Made by a program: the position numbers and the translations under genes. From NCBI GenBank assembly GCA_963754655.1, contig CAVWGN010000001.1, forward strand, positions 1,536,001 to 1,600,000: 64,000 nucleotides of DNA. The letters run 5' to 3'. Source of the stretch: an uncultured Chlamydiae bacterium. Lineage in GTDB: Bacteria; Chlamydiota; Chlamydiia; Chlamydiales; Parachlamydiaceae. The notes under the pieces are model-generated. The model worked only from the letters and a program-made list of their open reading frames with translations, did not search any database and was not told the origin of the DNA. This document shows, piece by piece, positions 34,082 to 45,118 of the stretch. Each line of letters begins with the position of its first letter. Positions within the stretch are counted from its first letter, which is position 1.

Positions 34082-35230
34082 ATGAGCATGACTAATTTTT
34101 TTTCTCTTTTGCGCTATAGTTTTGGAAATGAGGACTGGAGGACAGAAGAAGAGGCGTTAGATATTCAACCCGAAGATCAGGTATTATGCATTACAGCAAG
34201 CGGAGATCGTCCTCTTAACTTGCTTATGCGCGAATGTCAAAAAATTGTTTGTGTAGATGCTAATCGCGTGCAAAATCATCTTTTACAGCTTAAGGTTGCT
34301 GCCATGCATGTGCTAGATTATCAGAACTATTTGGCTTTTTTAGGAGCGCAGCCTGGAAAGGAAAGAAAGCAAACTCTTCAGCTTCTTCTTTCTCATATGG
34401 ATCAAGAAGCTTCGCGATTTTGGCTAAAGCACCACAAAATGGTGACAAAAGGAGTTTTATATCAAGGATCCGTCGAGCGCTTAACAAGAATTACAGCGAA
34501 ATTGTTTGCCCTTACGAGAGGAAAAAAAGTCAAACGCCTATTTTCCATGAATAATATCGAAGAACAGAGAAAATTTTTAAAAGAAGAATGGGATAGTTAT
34601 ATTTTACGAAAAATTTTTAACGTTATACTCAATTCTTTTCTTTCTCGTTTTATCATTAAAGATCCAGGCTTGACAAACTATAGTTCTGATATAAAACCTG
34701 GCAGTTATATTTATGACCGTATCCATGCAAGTCTTGAGAAAGAACTTGCGAAAAAAAATCCTCTTCTTTCTCTTCTTATAAGAGGAAAGGTCTCTCACGA
34801 AGCTTTTTCACCCTATCTAACAGAAAGAGGAACACAAACGATTAAGCCCCGCCTTTCAACTTTGGAGATTCAAACAACAGATGTAATCGATTATTTAGAA
34901 TCTCTTTCAGAGCCAACTTTTGATGTTTTTTCTTTATCAGACGTTGCTTCATATTTAAGCTATTCCAATTTTATCCGGTTGTTAAAGGGAATGCTTAAAA
35001 CAGCAAAACCAGGTGCACGATTTTGCCTACGCCAATTTTTATCTTCTTATGAGGTTCCTTCTAATCTTCAAAATTATTTTGTACGTGATAAATCTTTGGA
35101 AAAACGTTTAGAACGTCTGGATAATTGCTTCGTTTATCGTTTTATGGTAGGCACAATTGTCGTCTCCCCAGTTGCTCATCGCAGCCATAAAAAAAAACAC
35201 CTGGCCAAAGTATGGAAATCTAAAGGATAA
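34082..35230 (+). CDS. DUF3419/BtaA-like SAM-dependent 3-amino-3-carboxypropyl transferase
   Basis: YSFGNEDWRTE, LCITASGD, VDANRVQNHLLQLK, LSDVASY. Confidence 0.75.
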   Translation: MSMTNFFSLLRYSFGNEDWRTEEEALDIQPEDQVLCITASGDRPLNLLMRECQKIVCVDANRVQNHLLQLKVAAMHVLDYQNYLAFLGAQPGKERKQTLQLLLSHMDQEASRFWLKHHKMVTKGVLYQGSVERLTRITAKLFALTRGKKVKRLFSMNNIEEQRKFLKEEWDSYILRKIFNVILNSFLSRFIIKDPGLTNYSSDIKPGSYIYDRIHASLEKELAKKNPLLSLLIRGKVSHEAFSPYLTERGTQTIKPRLSTLEIQTTDVIDYLESLSEPTFDVFSLSDVASYLSYSNFIRLLKGMLKTAKPGARFCLRQFLSSYEVPSNLQNYFVRDKSLEKRLERLDNCFVYRFMVGTIVVSPVAHRSHKKKHLAKVWKSKG

Positions 35231-35391
35231 CACCTCTATCCCCGGGAGAAGCTCTGCCCTAAATGTCATTCCTTTATCTGCCAAGATAAAGGAAAAAGGC
35301 ATTGAATTTAAATTAGTTTAAAAACACTCTTGTATCTCAAAATTCATATTAGGTAAAATGTTTAACGAGATTTTATTATCAGGGGTGAAAT

Positions 35392-36381
35392 ATGATTATC
35401 GTGCAGGCACAAGAAAAGTCTAAGGTTCAACAACATCAATTATCAAATCTTCTAAAATCCGTCCAAAGTAAGATCATTGGACAACATGACCTAATTGAAC
35501 AGATCCTCGTCTGTCTTCTGGCTGATGGTCATATTCTCATTGAGGGAATGCCAGGACTAGCCAAAACACGCTCAGCAAAAGCAATCGCTGATGGGATAGA
35601 AGGAGAATTTCATCGTATTCAATTTACTCCCGATCTTTTACCCTCAGACCTCATTGGAACTGAAATTTATATTCATGAAAAAAGCGATTTTATCTTTCGC
35701 AAAGGCCCTCTGTTTAACAATATTCTATTGGCGGATGAAATTAATCGTGCTCCGGCAAAGGTGCAGTCTGCACTTTTAGAAGCCATGGAAGAAAAACAAG
35801 TGACAGTGGGACATAAAAGTTATGCTCTTCCCGAATTGTATATGGTGATTGCGACTCAAAACCCTATTGAGCAAGAGGGAACATATCAACTTCCAGAAGC
35901 ACAGCTTGATAGATTCTTGATGCATCTTGAAGTTAGCTATCCTAACCAACAAGAAGAATTGCTCATCTTGGAACTCGATGAGAAAAGACAAAACAATACC
36001 CATTCCCCTGTTTTGCCTGTTACGACGAAGGAAGAGGTTTTACATGCACGACAAGCGGTCTCTAGTCTCTTTGTTTCAGAAAATTTGAAAAAATATGTCG
36101 TCTCGCTTGTCACTGCTACTCGAACCCCTGAGAAATATGATCGCGAGCTTGCCAAGTGGATTGACTATGGCGCTTCTCCTCGTGCGACAATCGCGATGAT
36201 TCGCTGTGCTAAGGCGCTTGCTTGGCTCAGAGGAGATGAATATGTCACGCCCCTCCATATCCATAGCGTGGCTCCGCCCATTTTGAGACATCGCATTATC
36301 CCTACTTTTGAATCGGAAGCGGATGGGATTTCAAGAAACGATATTGTAAGAAAATTACTGAAAGTTGTTGCTATTCCCTGA
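35392..36381 (+). CDS. moxR: MoxR-family AAA+ ATPase
   Basis: EGMPGLAKT, RIQFTPDLLPSD, LADEINRAPAKVQSALLE, ATQNPIEQEGTY. Confidence 0.95.
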   Translation: MIIVQAQEKSKVQQHQLSNLLKSVQSKIIGQHDLIEQILVCLLADGHILIEGMPGLAKTRSAKAIADGIEGEFHRIQFTPDLLPSDLIGTEIYIHEKSDFIFRKGPLFNNILLADEINRAPAKVQSALLEAMEEKQVTVGHKSYALPELYMVIATQNPIEQEGTYQLPEAQLDRFLMHLEVSYPNQQEELLILELDEKRQNNTHSPVLPVTTKEEVLHARQAVSSLFVSENLKKYVVSLVTATRTPEKYDRELAKWIDYGASPRATIAMIRCAKALAWLRGDEYVTPLHIHSVAPPILRHRIIPTFESEADGISRNDIVRKLLKVVAIP

Positions 36382-36388
36382 GGCTTGC

Positions 36389-37303
36389 ATGCTCTATCCT
36401 GATTTTAATGATTTAGTTGCGTTGAAAGAGCGGAAATTTAATTTGCGGCATCTTTCTCACCGATCGGTTAAATCCATTGTTAGCGGAAGTCATCATTCTC
36501 CTTTCCGCGGTCAAGGCTTGGAATTTGATTCTGTCAGAGAATATGTTCCCGGCGATGATATACGGAATCTGGATTGGCGAGTAACCGCCAGAACGGGAGC
36601 TCCGCACCTCAAGATTTTTAAAGAGGAGCGTGAGCGGCATATTATCCTCTGTGTCGATATGAATGCGACCATGCGATTTGGGACTAAACAGACATTTAAA
36701 TCGGTTCAAGCTGCTCGCGTAGCAGCACTTCTAGGATGGCGAGGAATCGATCATCATGATCGAGTGAGTGCATGCCTTTTTGGCGATGTTTGTGGTGGAA
36801 TTCAGATTTTCGCGCCTAAGCGTACTCGCAAATCTCTATGCGCTATCTTAAAAATGCTGTCCACGCCTCCCTCTGAGATGCATCGCATTCCATTAGAAAC
36901 TATTTTTAAACCTATTGATCAGGCTGCACATACAGGTTCCCTGATTTATTTCATCAGCGATTTTATGGAAATCAATGAAAATTTTCAAAATCAGGCTGGA
37001 ATAAGTCGACTGAGAAAAAGATGCGAACTCACTTTTATTGCGATCAATGACCCAGCAGACAAAGCAATCTTTCCAGTTGGGACACTTGGATTTTGCGCTA
37101 GCGGTACAGAAAAAATCACTGTCAATACTGCGAGCATGGCGGGAAGAGAAGCTTATGCGACTCAATGGCAAAAGAATCGACAACAATTAGAGGGAATAGC
37201 CTCTAGTTTAAAGATCCCACTCTTAGAATTAACAACTGAGTCAGATGTTCAACGAGAGCTGATGCTGGGACTGAAAAAGATTGCCAAAAGGAAAAAACGA
37301 TGA
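36389..37303 (+). CDS. DUF58 domain protein
   Basis: GQGLEFDSVREYVPGDDIRNLDWRVTAR, ISDF. Confidence 0.9.
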   Translation: MLYPDFNDLVALKERKFNLRHLSHRSVKSIVSGSHHSPFRGQGLEFDSVREYVPGDDIRNLDWRVTARTGAPHLKIFKEERERHIILCVDMNATMRFGTKQTFKSVQAARVAALLGWRGIDHHDRVSACLFGDVCGGIQIFAPKRTRKSLCAILKMLSTPPSEMHRIPLETIFKPIDQAAHTGSLIYFISDFMEINENFQNQAGISRLRKRCELTFIAINDPADKAIFPVGTLGFCASGTEKITVNTASMAGREAYATQWQKNRQQLEGIASSLKIPLLELTTESDVQRELMLGLKKIAKRKKR

Positions 37304-37770
37304 ATCCTCTACTCGAAAAGTTGCACGATATCGAAGGCTTGGATCCTATTAGTTGGTGGCCTCTGGCTATTGGCTGGTGGATTCTTATCATGATTGCGAT
37401 TTTCCTAGTATGTGCAATTGCCTATTTGACGGCTTATCGACTTGCATTTAAGCGTAGTTGGAAAAACGATACTTTTCAGAAGTTGCTTCAATTGGAAAAG
37501 AATCTGACAGATGCCACTGCTAGAGAGACCATTATAACCCTTTCCGAGTATTTGCGCCGCATTGTTCTTCAGCGCTTTTCCAGGGAAGAGTGTGCAGGAT
37601 TAATGGGGGAGGCTTGGTTAAAATGGCTTACAGCGCATGATCCCAAGAATTTTGATTGGGAAAAGAAAGGAACTGTCTTGATAGAAGTGCCTTATGCTCC
37701 TGGCAATCTTGCGCTATCAACTTGCCAAATTAAAAATTTAATACAAGCTGTTAGACAGTGGGTGCGTTAA
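37300..37770 (+). CDS. DUF4381 family membrane protein
   Basis: LHDI...ISWWPLAIGWW, GEAWLKWL; position in the bat operon. Confidence 0.85.
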   Translation: MNPLLEKLHDIEGLDPISWWPLAIGWWILIMIAIFLVCAIAYLTAYRLAFKRSWKNDTFQKLLQLEKNLTDATARETIITLSEYLRRIVLQRFSREECAGLMGEAWLKWLTAHDPKNFDWEKKGTVLIEVPYAPGNLALSTCQIKNLIQAVRQWVR

Positions 37771-38781
37771 ATGTTTCACTTTTATTGGCCTTGGTTTGCC
37801 CTCCTCCTTCCCTTACCCTTTCTTGTTAGGTGGCTTGGTTTATCAACAAGAAAAATTGAACAGGGTGGATTCCCTGATATTCATTTCCCAGCGCTTGATC
37901 GATTAAAAAATGCTTTTCCGATTGATGATGCCTCAGCTAAACGATCAAATAAGCTGTTTTTGATCCTTCTTTCCTTGTGTTGGTTTCTATTGGTCATTGC
38001 TTTAATGCAGCCGGAAAAGGTGGATCAATTCACCCAAGTTAACAACAAGGGGCATGATCTTATGCTGGCTGTTGACCTATCAGCTTCAATGCAAGCTGTT
38101 GATTTCTCGACACAATTGAAGACTGTTAGTCGCTTGGATGCCACTAAAGAGGTTGTTGGGAAGTTTGTTTTGGGTAGAAAAGGGGATCGTATCGGACTTA
38201 TCACTTTTGGTGAAAACGCTTATCTGCATGTGCCTCTTACGCTTGATACAGTCTCTGTTAGCCGTATGTTAAACGATACGGTCTCTGGCATGGCAGGCAG
38301 CGCAACAGCAATTGGCGATGCCATCGGTTTGAGTGTTCGAACCCTGCGTGAGCGTCCTGAAGGTTCTCGCGTTCTTGTGCTACTTACTGATGGAGAAGAT
38401 AATTCTAGCAGCATTCCTCCTTTGGAGGCAGCAAAGCTTGCCAAACAGTATGGCATTCGAATCTATACGATCGGCATTGGAAAAAAAGGCCTTGTTCCTT
38501 TCCCAAGGAAGTTTGGCGGGTATGGTATGGCAGAAGTCTCAATAGATGAGGAATTATTAAAAGAAATTGCAGCCTTAACTGATGGACACTATTTCTTGGC
38601 CACAGACCAAAAGGCATTGGAATCCATTTATCGTCAAATCGATGAATTGGAAAAAACCGAATCTAATCAAACTGTATTTTTAATTCGAGAACCCCTCTAC
38701 TACATTCCATTAGGTTTAGCGATGGGTCTTTTGCTTTCCCTCACTTTATTTCAGCTTAGGAGAACAGCCAGTGGATCTTAG
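37771..38781 (+). CDS. batA: vWA domain protein BatA
   Basis: DLSASM MIDAS, TAIGDAIG, LLTDGE. Confidence 0.85.
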   Translation: MFHFYWPWFALLLPLPFLVRWLGLSTRKIEQGGFPDIHFPALDRLKNAFPIDDASAKRSNKLFLILLSLCWFLLVIALMQPEKVDQFTQVNNKGHDLMLAVDLSASMQAVDFSTQLKTVSRLDATKEVVGKFVLGRKGDRIGLITFGENAYLHVPLTLDTVSVSRMLNDTVSGMAGSATAIGDAIGLSVRTLRERPEGSRVLVLLTDGEDNSSSIPPLEAAKLAKQYGIRIYTIGIGKKGLVPFPRKFGGYGMAEVSIDEELLKEIAALTDGHYFLATDQKALESIYRQIDELEKTESNQTVFLIREPLYYIPLGLAMGLLLSLTLFQLRRTASGS

Positions 38782-40606
38782 TCATCTGCATTTTACTTAT
38801 CCTTTATGGCTGTGGGGATTTGTCGTCATTCCTTTTGTCGGGATGATTTTTTTTCTTTTTTATCGCAAACAGGCCGCCTTTCATCAATTAGAAAAGTTTA
38901 TAGATAAGCATCTTCTCCCTTATTTGCTGGTCAATAAGGGGAATCAAAAACGTTCTCCTTGGAAAAGCCTCCTTTTGTGGTCCGTTGCTTGGTCGTGTTT
39001 GACTCTAGCGCTTGCAGGGCCAAGGTGGAGCTTTCGAGAAATTGAAACCTTTTCACGCGATCAAAGTCTGGTGATATTACTTGACTTATCAGAGTCAATG
39101 AATGCAACAGATATTAAACCTTCACGACTTGTGCGCGCAAAGCAAAAGATTGAGGATGTCATTAACCTTTCTAAAGGGGTTAAAATAGGACTCATCGCAT
39201 TTGCGGCAGACCCTCATATGATTGCCCCTCTAACAGATGATAAAGAGACCATCCATCATCTTCTGCCTCCGCTTGAAACTGATTTAGCCTATATACAAGG
39301 TAGCAGATTATCGTCAGCTCTTGAAATGGCATCGAATATGTTAGAGGCCGAACCTGGTCATAATAAAGCTCTCTTAATCATTAGCGATGGAGGTTTTGAA
39401 GATGCAAGCGCTATCAAAACAGTAAAAAAACTTGCAGACCAAGGGCTTGTGATTCATGCCATGGGAGCCGGCACTGCTGATGGCGCTTTCCTGTTAGATC
39501 ATAAAGGAAATATCATTAAAAAAAATGGCTCTCCTATGATTTCTAAGCTACAGAAAGAGACACTCAATGAGATCAGCATAGCCGGAAATGGACGTTATTT
39601 AGAAATGCATTATTCCGATCAGGAAGAAAAAATGATCTTACAAGAACTTGAAAAACGTGCCGATATGCAAATGAAGTTAGGACAAAAGCATCAATTGTGG
39701 GATGAGCATTTTTATTTATTCATTCTCCCAGCCCTGCCCATTATCTTGTGGTGGTTGAGGAGAGGATATCTATTTGCTATGTTTTTGATGATTCTCACTC
39801 CCACTTTGACAATTGAAGCATCTTCTATTGGCAATTATTTCAAGAATTCAGAAGAGCTTGGAAAACAAGCTATGGAGCAGGACGATTATGAAACAGCCTG
39901 TCACACATTTCAAGATTCTTACAGAAAAGGAGTTGCCTACTATAGAGCCGGGCAATTCGCAGAAGCGGAAAAAATGTTTCAACAATGTTCTCGCGAAGAG
40001 GTTGCTGCCAGTGCGGCCTATAACTTAGGGAATGCTCTTGTTCAACAGCAAAAACTCAAGGAGGCCATTGCTGCTTATGAAGATGTCCTAAAAAAATGGC
40101 CCGATCATACAAAAGCCAAAGAAAATCTTGAACTTGTCAAACAAATGCTAGAACAACAAAAACAACAGAACTCGGACGATCATTCTAATCAGCAGGAAGA
40201 AGAAAAGCAAAATGAGTCTGAAAATCAAAATCAGAATCAACAGAATGAAAATCAGAATGAAAGTCAGAATGAAAGTCAAGATTCGCCAGACAGTAAAGGA
40301 TCTAATACAGAGAACCAGACTCCCAATGAAAGACAAGACTCAAATGAGGCTCAGGATAAAGAGCAACAGCAAAAGAATGAGGAAGAGCAAGTCAACGAGA
40401 GTCAAGAGGGACAGCAAGAGAAACAGCAACAGGAAGAAAAATTTCAAAATGAGGCTCGTCAAGCCAAAGCTCCCAAGTCTCAAGAAGATCAAGATGCTGA
40501 TCTTTGGTTAAACCAGATTGCTAATGATCCCAAAACATTTTTGAAGAATAAATTTTATATTGAATCTAAGAAAAAGGGAACTAAAGAAGGAATTGATCCA
40601 TGGTAA
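38771..40606 (+). CDS. vWA + TPR protein with Q/E/N-rich tail (BatB/BatC-like fusion)
   Basis: DLSESM, SDGG, AAYNLGNAL, low-complexity Q/E/N linker. Confidence 0.85.
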   Translation: MDLSHLHFTYPLWLWGFVVIPFVGMIFFLFYRKQAAFHQLEKFIDKHLLPYLLVNKGNQKRSPWKSLLLWSVAWSCLTLALAGPRWSFREIETFSRDQSLVILLDLSESMNATDIKPSRLVRAKQKIEDVINLSKGVKIGLIAFAADPHMIAPLTDDKETIHHLLPPLETDLAYIQGSRLSSALEMASNMLEAEPGHNKALLIISDGGFEDASAIKTVKKLADQGLVIHAMGAGTADGAFLLDHKGNIIKKNGSPMISKLQKETLNEISIAGNGRYLEMHYSDQEEKMILQELEKRADMQMKLGQKHQLWDEHFYLFILPALPIILWWLRRGYLFAMFLMILTPTLTIEASSIGNYFKNSEELGKQAMEQDDYETACHTFQDSYRKGVAYYRAGQFAEAEKMFQQCSREEVAASAAYNLGNALVQQQKLKEAIAAYEDVLKKWPDHTKAKENLELVKQMLEQQKQQNSDDHSNQQEEEKQNESENQNQNQQNENQNESQNESQDSPDSKGSNTENQTPNERQDSNEAQDKEQQQKNEEEQVNESQEGQQEKQQQEEKFQNEARQAKAPKSQEDQDADLWLNQIANDPKTFLKNKFYIESKKKGTKEGIDPW

Positions 40607-42102
40607 ATCGTCTATTTTTTTTATTCTTACTATTGCCTTTTTTCCTTGTTTCAGGAGAATTCATCGCAAGCGTTAATCGCAATCAAATCAAATTAGGCGA
40701 AAGTTTGACTTTAAATCTTACACTTAAAGACGCTTCCCCTAAAGGAAGTCCTACCATCGATTCATTGAAACAATCCTTTTTTATTAATTCTCAACAGCAG
40801 GCGCACAATACGGTGATGATCAATGGGCAATTCACTTCAAGCATCATATGGAAATTTGTCCTGATCCCTCAAAAAGAAGGAGAAGTGACAATTCCTTCTA
40901 TTAGCATTGACACATCTATCGGTCTCCTTTCAAGCACTCCCTTGACAATCCGAGTTATTAAAGGAGCTGCTGCTGATTCTGATTCATCTGATATAGTTGG
41001 CGTGACGTTGACCACCGATGTCAGCACGATCAACCCTTATAAAAATGAGCCTATTTTCTACACTGTCAGGCTCACTTCCAAGCGGAATTTAGCAAATATT
41101 AAAATGCAGAAGCTTAACATAGAAGATGCCATTGTAGAAGCTAATGGCGAGCCGAAAATTTATGAGAAAACTGTTGATGGAAGTAATGTCGGAGTGATCG
41201 AATTTAGTTATCTTATAACGCCTTTAAAACCGGGCTCTCTCAAAATTCCCTCCAGTCTTATCCAGGGCGATATGCTGGTAAAAAGACAGGCTCATTCTGG
41301 ATCTTTTTTTGAGGATGACTTTGATCCTTTTTCCTTTATGCAGGGATTTGGCCGCGCAAAACCCTTTGCGCTAGCATCAGAAGAAGTTGTGTTAGATGTG
41401 CAGCCAGCTTTGGCAGAGGTGACTCCTTGGCTACCGGCTAAATCATTAAACATTGAAGAAAGCTGGAATGAGGCTCAGCCATTGCAAGTAGGCGAGCCCT
41501 TGACGCGTGTTTTTAAGCTTGTTGCCGAGGGGATTAAGTCAAGTCAACTTCCCAATTTAAATGATTTGCACATTCATGATCCTCTCTTTAAAATTTATGC
41601 CGATCAACCAGAATTAGGAGAAGAAGTTAAAGAGGGCAGTGTCAAAAGTTATCGTAAAGAAGAATATACTTTAATTCCTCAGCAAGCAGGGGATTTGACA
41701 TTGCCAGAAATTTCTATCGCTTGGTGGGACTTGACTAAAAAAGAAAAAGTCATAACGCGCATTCCATCCCGCACATTGCATATTTTGCCAAGGCCTGAAA
41801 GTACAGTGAAAAGCCAAACGTCTTCCAACCTTGAAATGAATCTTTCTCCTTCTATTCCCCAGTCTATAGTCATTCAAAGGGATCCGCTATGGAATATTTT
41901 AATTGCAGCATTAACGATTTTGCTCTTGGCTGCTATTATCTGGGGAATAATGCTTCAAAAGAAAATCATGCGACTGACCAAGGATGCTGATGAGTTGAAA
42001 ACTACTCATCCTGAAAAACATCTTGTACATTTTCATCATGCAAAAGAAAGATCGTCTAAAAAAAATAAAAAGGAACAATTACCCGATCTTAATCCCACTT
42101 AG
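40600..42102 (+). CDS. batD: BatD family protein
   Basis: ASVNRNQI..GESLTL, WLPAKSL, VGEPLTR, IAWWD, C-terminal TM helix. Confidence 0.8.
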   Translation: MVNRLFFLFLLLPFFLVSGEFIASVNRNQIKLGESLTLNLTLKDASPKGSPTIDSLKQSFFINSQQQAHNTVMINGQFTSSIIWKFVLIPQKEGEVTIPSISIDTSIGLLSSTPLTIRVIKGAAADSDSSDIVGVTLTTDVSTINPYKNEPIFYTVRLTSKRNLANIKMQKLNIEDAIVEANGEPKIYEKTVDGSNVGVIEFSYLITPLKPGSLKIPSSLIQGDMLVKRQAHSGSFFEDDFDPFSFMQGFGRAKPFALASEEVVLDVQPALAEVTPWLPAKSLNIEESWNEAQPLQVGEPLTRVFKLVAEGIKSSQLPNLNDLHIHDPLFKIYADQPELGEEVKEGSVKSYRKEEYTLIPQQAGDLTLPEISIAWWDLTKKEKVITRIPSRTLHILPRPESTVKSQTSSNLEMNLSPSIPQSIVIQRDPLWNILIAALTILLLAAIIWGIMLQKKIMRLTKDADELKTTHPEKHLVHFHHAKERSSKKNKKEQLPDLNPT

Positions 42103-42146
42103 ATAAGTTAATATCCACATTCCAGGTCTGAGTACCAGCCTGAGAA

Positions 42147-42615
42147 GCTGAGCCCATTATTACCTTCGCAAACTGGTAAACAGGGAAGACCAGAAAAAAT
42201 GATCGGTTGGTAATAGAAGGGATTTTATGGTCTATAAGAACGGGAGCTCCTTGGAGAGATATGCCTTCTGAATTTGGCCACTGGCAAACGATCTATTCAA
42301 GAATGCATAACTGGACCTTAAATGGAACTTGGTCAAAAATTTGGAATGTTTTGAAAAAAAAATGCATCCCACGAATCACATATTATTGATTCTACAAGTG
42401 TTAAAGTACATCAAAATGCAATGGGAGGTTTTGGAGGAAAAACATTTAATGGAATTGGAAAGACACAAGGTGGTTGGTCAACAAGAATTCCTGTTGTAGT
42501 TAATGCTAAAGGGCAACCATTAAAAGTAAAAATTGCTCCCGGAAATAGAAACGATAATTTATTTGCTAAATCTCTATTGAAGGGCAAACGAGCAAGGAAT
42601 GTTATAGCAGATCTA
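42147..42615 (+). pseudogene. Degraded IS5-family transposase of a different element, interrupted by IS copy 3
   Basis: LSPLLP...GRP, frameshift, IRTGAPWRDMP, IDSTSVKVHQ, VIAD; continues as AYDTD after 43455. Confidence 0.85.
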
Positions 42616-43455
42616 GGGAACGTACCTAAAAGATTTAAAATAATAACTCTTATGATTTATAATTTTCTCTGATAAAACAAGGGGGAAATTTGAATGAGTA
42701 GGATAGTATTAACTAATGAAAGATGGATAAAAATAAAACCTTTATTGCCAAAAGAACGAGGATATTGGGGCAGACCAAGTCGGCCTCATCGTAAGATTTT
42801 AGAAGGCATTATTTGGATTTTAAGAACAGGAGCCGCTTGGAGGGATCTACCACCCAAGTATGGTCCTTGGAGCACATGTTATAATCGCTTTAATCGATGG
42901 ACAAAGGCTGGAATCTGGCAAACGATTTGGCAAGCTTTAAAAGATGAAATTGACGAAGAAAATTACTCTGTAGACAGCTCAATTGTTGAAGCGCATCAAG
43001 ATGCTTGTAGGATAAAAAAAAAGCCGAAGAAGCCATGGGAAAATCAAGGGCCGGAACAACCACAAAAATTCATGCAGTAACAGATGGATTAGGTCGTTGT
43101 ATTGATTTTATCTTGACAGAAGGTCAAGTACACGAGAGCACTCAAATGAAGCTTTTACTCAGTGGAAAAAATCCAAAAAATGTTATAGCTGATAAAGCTT
43201 ACGACTCAAATGAAATCAGAAATTTTATAGAAAAGATGGGAAGTCAAGCAGTCATACCCAGCAAAGTATCAAGAGCTGAACTAATTGAACATGATAAACA
43301 TATCTACAGAGAGCGTTGCTTGGTAGAAAATTTTTTTCAGTTTATAAAACGATTTAGGCGTATTGGAATAAGATACGAAATGAAAGCTCAAAATTATGCA
43401 GGAATGTTGACGATCGCTTGTATTATACAATGGTTAATCTTTTAGGTACGCTCCC
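42616..43455 (+). mobile_element. IS5-family insertion sequence, copy 3, 840 bp
   Basis: Same IRs and sequence as copy 1; cTA/TAg flanks. Confidence 0.95.
42694..43445 (+). CDS. IS5-family transposase (frameshifted orfA + orfB)
   Basis: Proteins identical to copy 1. Confidence 0.9.
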
Positions 43456-43608
43456 TAGCTTATGATACAGATCCGCATAAGAAGAGATTTCTACAGAAAA
43501 TGATTCATCAAATGAACCCAACGATAGACCGTGTGATAATGGGTGCTGATTAAAGGACTGATTTTTGATCAAGTTTGTTCCAATAGTCAGCTTAAATCTC
43601 TTGATTAA

Positions 43609-43659
43609 AAATTTAACAGAAAAACCCACTAGATACAATTGGGTGTTTCTGCTAAATTT
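43609..43659 (+). promoter_or_regulatory. Inverted-repeat operator upstream of abiEi (probable autorepression site)
   Basis: AAATTTAACAGAAAAACCCA-N11-TGGGTGTTTCTGCTAAATTT (18/20 match) enclosing TACAAT; AbiEi proteins are known to bind promoter IRs. Confidence 0.65.
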
Positions 43660-43676
43660 AATAGAGGAGATAACTC

Positions 43677-44276
43677 ATGAAAAAACTCACAAGTCTAAGT
43701 ATTATTCGTCCGCTTCTTATCCAAGCCTCATTCACTGCAGATGAGGCTAAACAATATGGGGTTTCTGCTGCTCATCTTGGTTACTATATTAAGAAAGGTT
43801 TAATTAAACGACTAGGCCGCGGCATTTACCAAAGTGCAGACTATCAGGGATCTCCTGAAAATTTTCGATGGGAAGACCTTATAGAGGCAGTAAATTCTGT
43901 ACCTAATGGGGTTATTTGTCTTATTTCTGCACTAGCTATCCACGATATAACCGAGGAAATTCCGCGAGAACATTGGATTGCTGTACCACATACTACTTCC
44001 ATTTGCAGAGGCGTTAAAGTGAAAATTGTGAGATTCCGCAATATGGAGCTTGGAAAAATAGAACTTGACTTGGGAGGTGTTCGCATTCCTATATTTGATC
44101 GCGAACGAACCATTATCGACTCCTTTAGGCTACTGAGCCGAGAAACAGCCATTAAAGCTCTAAAAATGGCTCTATCCCAAAAAGGGACAGTGCGATTGGA
44201 TCTTAAAAAACTGCAGTCATACGCAAAAAAACTTAGATTTAACATTACCCCCTACCTTATCACGGCAACAACATGA
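43677..44276 (+). CDS. abiEi: Type IV TA antitoxin AbiEi
   Basis: wHTH with IKRLGRGIY, GVICLISAL, DRERTIID; ATGA overlap with the toxin gene. Confidence 0.88.
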   Translation: MKKLTSLSIIRPLLIQASFTADEAKQYGVSAAHLGYYIKKGLIKRLGRGIYQSADYQGSPENFRWEDLIEAVNSVPNGVICLISALAIHDITEEIPREHWIAVPHTTSICRGVKVKIVRFRNMELGKIELDLGGVRIPIFDRERTIIDSFRLLSRETAIKALKMALSQKGTVRLDLKKLQSYAKKLRFNITPYLITATT

Positions 44277-45118
44277 ATGAACAAGGACTAAACGATCGTC
44301 TTCAAGCTATTTCTAAAGAAAGAGGTATCAACTTCAATGAGTGCTGGAAGAAGCTGCTTCTTGAACGGTTTTTATCTCGATTATCTCGATCAACATACAC
44401 TCAACAATTCATTTTTAAAGGAGGTTTTCTTCTCGCCTACATCATGGAAATTGGACGAGAGACGACTGATCTCGATTTTTTACTCACAAGCATAAACGCC
44501 AGTAAAGATGAGATAAAAGAAGCTATTGAAGAGATTATTGCAATAGAATCAGAAGATGGATTTTCGTTTAGTTATGAAGGAATAGAGCTTTTAGAACAGC
44601 CACATATGGACTATCCAGGGTATCGCGTCGGTTTGAAAGCAACATTTGGCCGCATGAGGGACAAGATTCAAATCGATGTAGGCATAGGAGACGTTGTCAC
44701 GCCCACCATTCGCGAATTGCACTTCTTTCAGTACAGAGGTAAATCAATGTTTGAAAGTGCGATTTCCTTGGTTGTCTATCCTCCTGAAGCGATCTTTGCA
44801 GAAAAGCTCGAGACAGTTCTCTCTAAAGGAGCTGCTAATAGCCGTATGAAGGACTATCACGACTTGCTTCTACTCGCACGCGAACCACATATGATTAACC
44901 TCAACAAGCTGCAAGTATCGCTAAAGAATACATTTAGCAACCGCGGTACGACTCTTGAGCTTATTGATTTCAAAACAGATGAGCTCAAGCCAATACAAAA
45001 ACTTTGGGTTGGACACATCAAAAATTTAGGCAACGCAGCTCAGAAATTGAAGCTTCCAGAAAACATTCAAGATGTCATTATAGAACTCAATAAGATCATC
45101 GAAAAGGTAGAAACATGA
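44273..45118 (+). CDS. abiEii: Type IV TA toxin AbiEii (nucleotidyltransferase)
   Basis: FIFKGGFLL, RETTDLDF, AEKLET, NSRMKDYHD. Confidence 0.9.
   Translation: MNEQGLNDRLQAISKERGINFNECWKKLLLERFLSRLSRSTYTQQFIFKGGFLLAYIMEIGRETTDLDFLLTSINASKDEIKEAIEEIIAIESEDGFSFSYEGIELLEQPHMDYPGYRVGLKATFGRMRDKIQIDVGIGDVVTPTIRELHFFQYRGKSMFESAISLVVYPPEAIFAEKLETVLSKGAANSRMKDYHDLLLLAREPHMINLNKLQVSLKNTFSNRGTTLELIDFKTDELKPIQKLWVGHIKNLGNAAQKLKLPENIQDVIIELNKIIEKVET

Noticed and set aside
35392..42102. moxR-DUF58-DUF4381-batABD operon as a novel system
   Set aside because: A widespread, already described operon with ordinary gene order.
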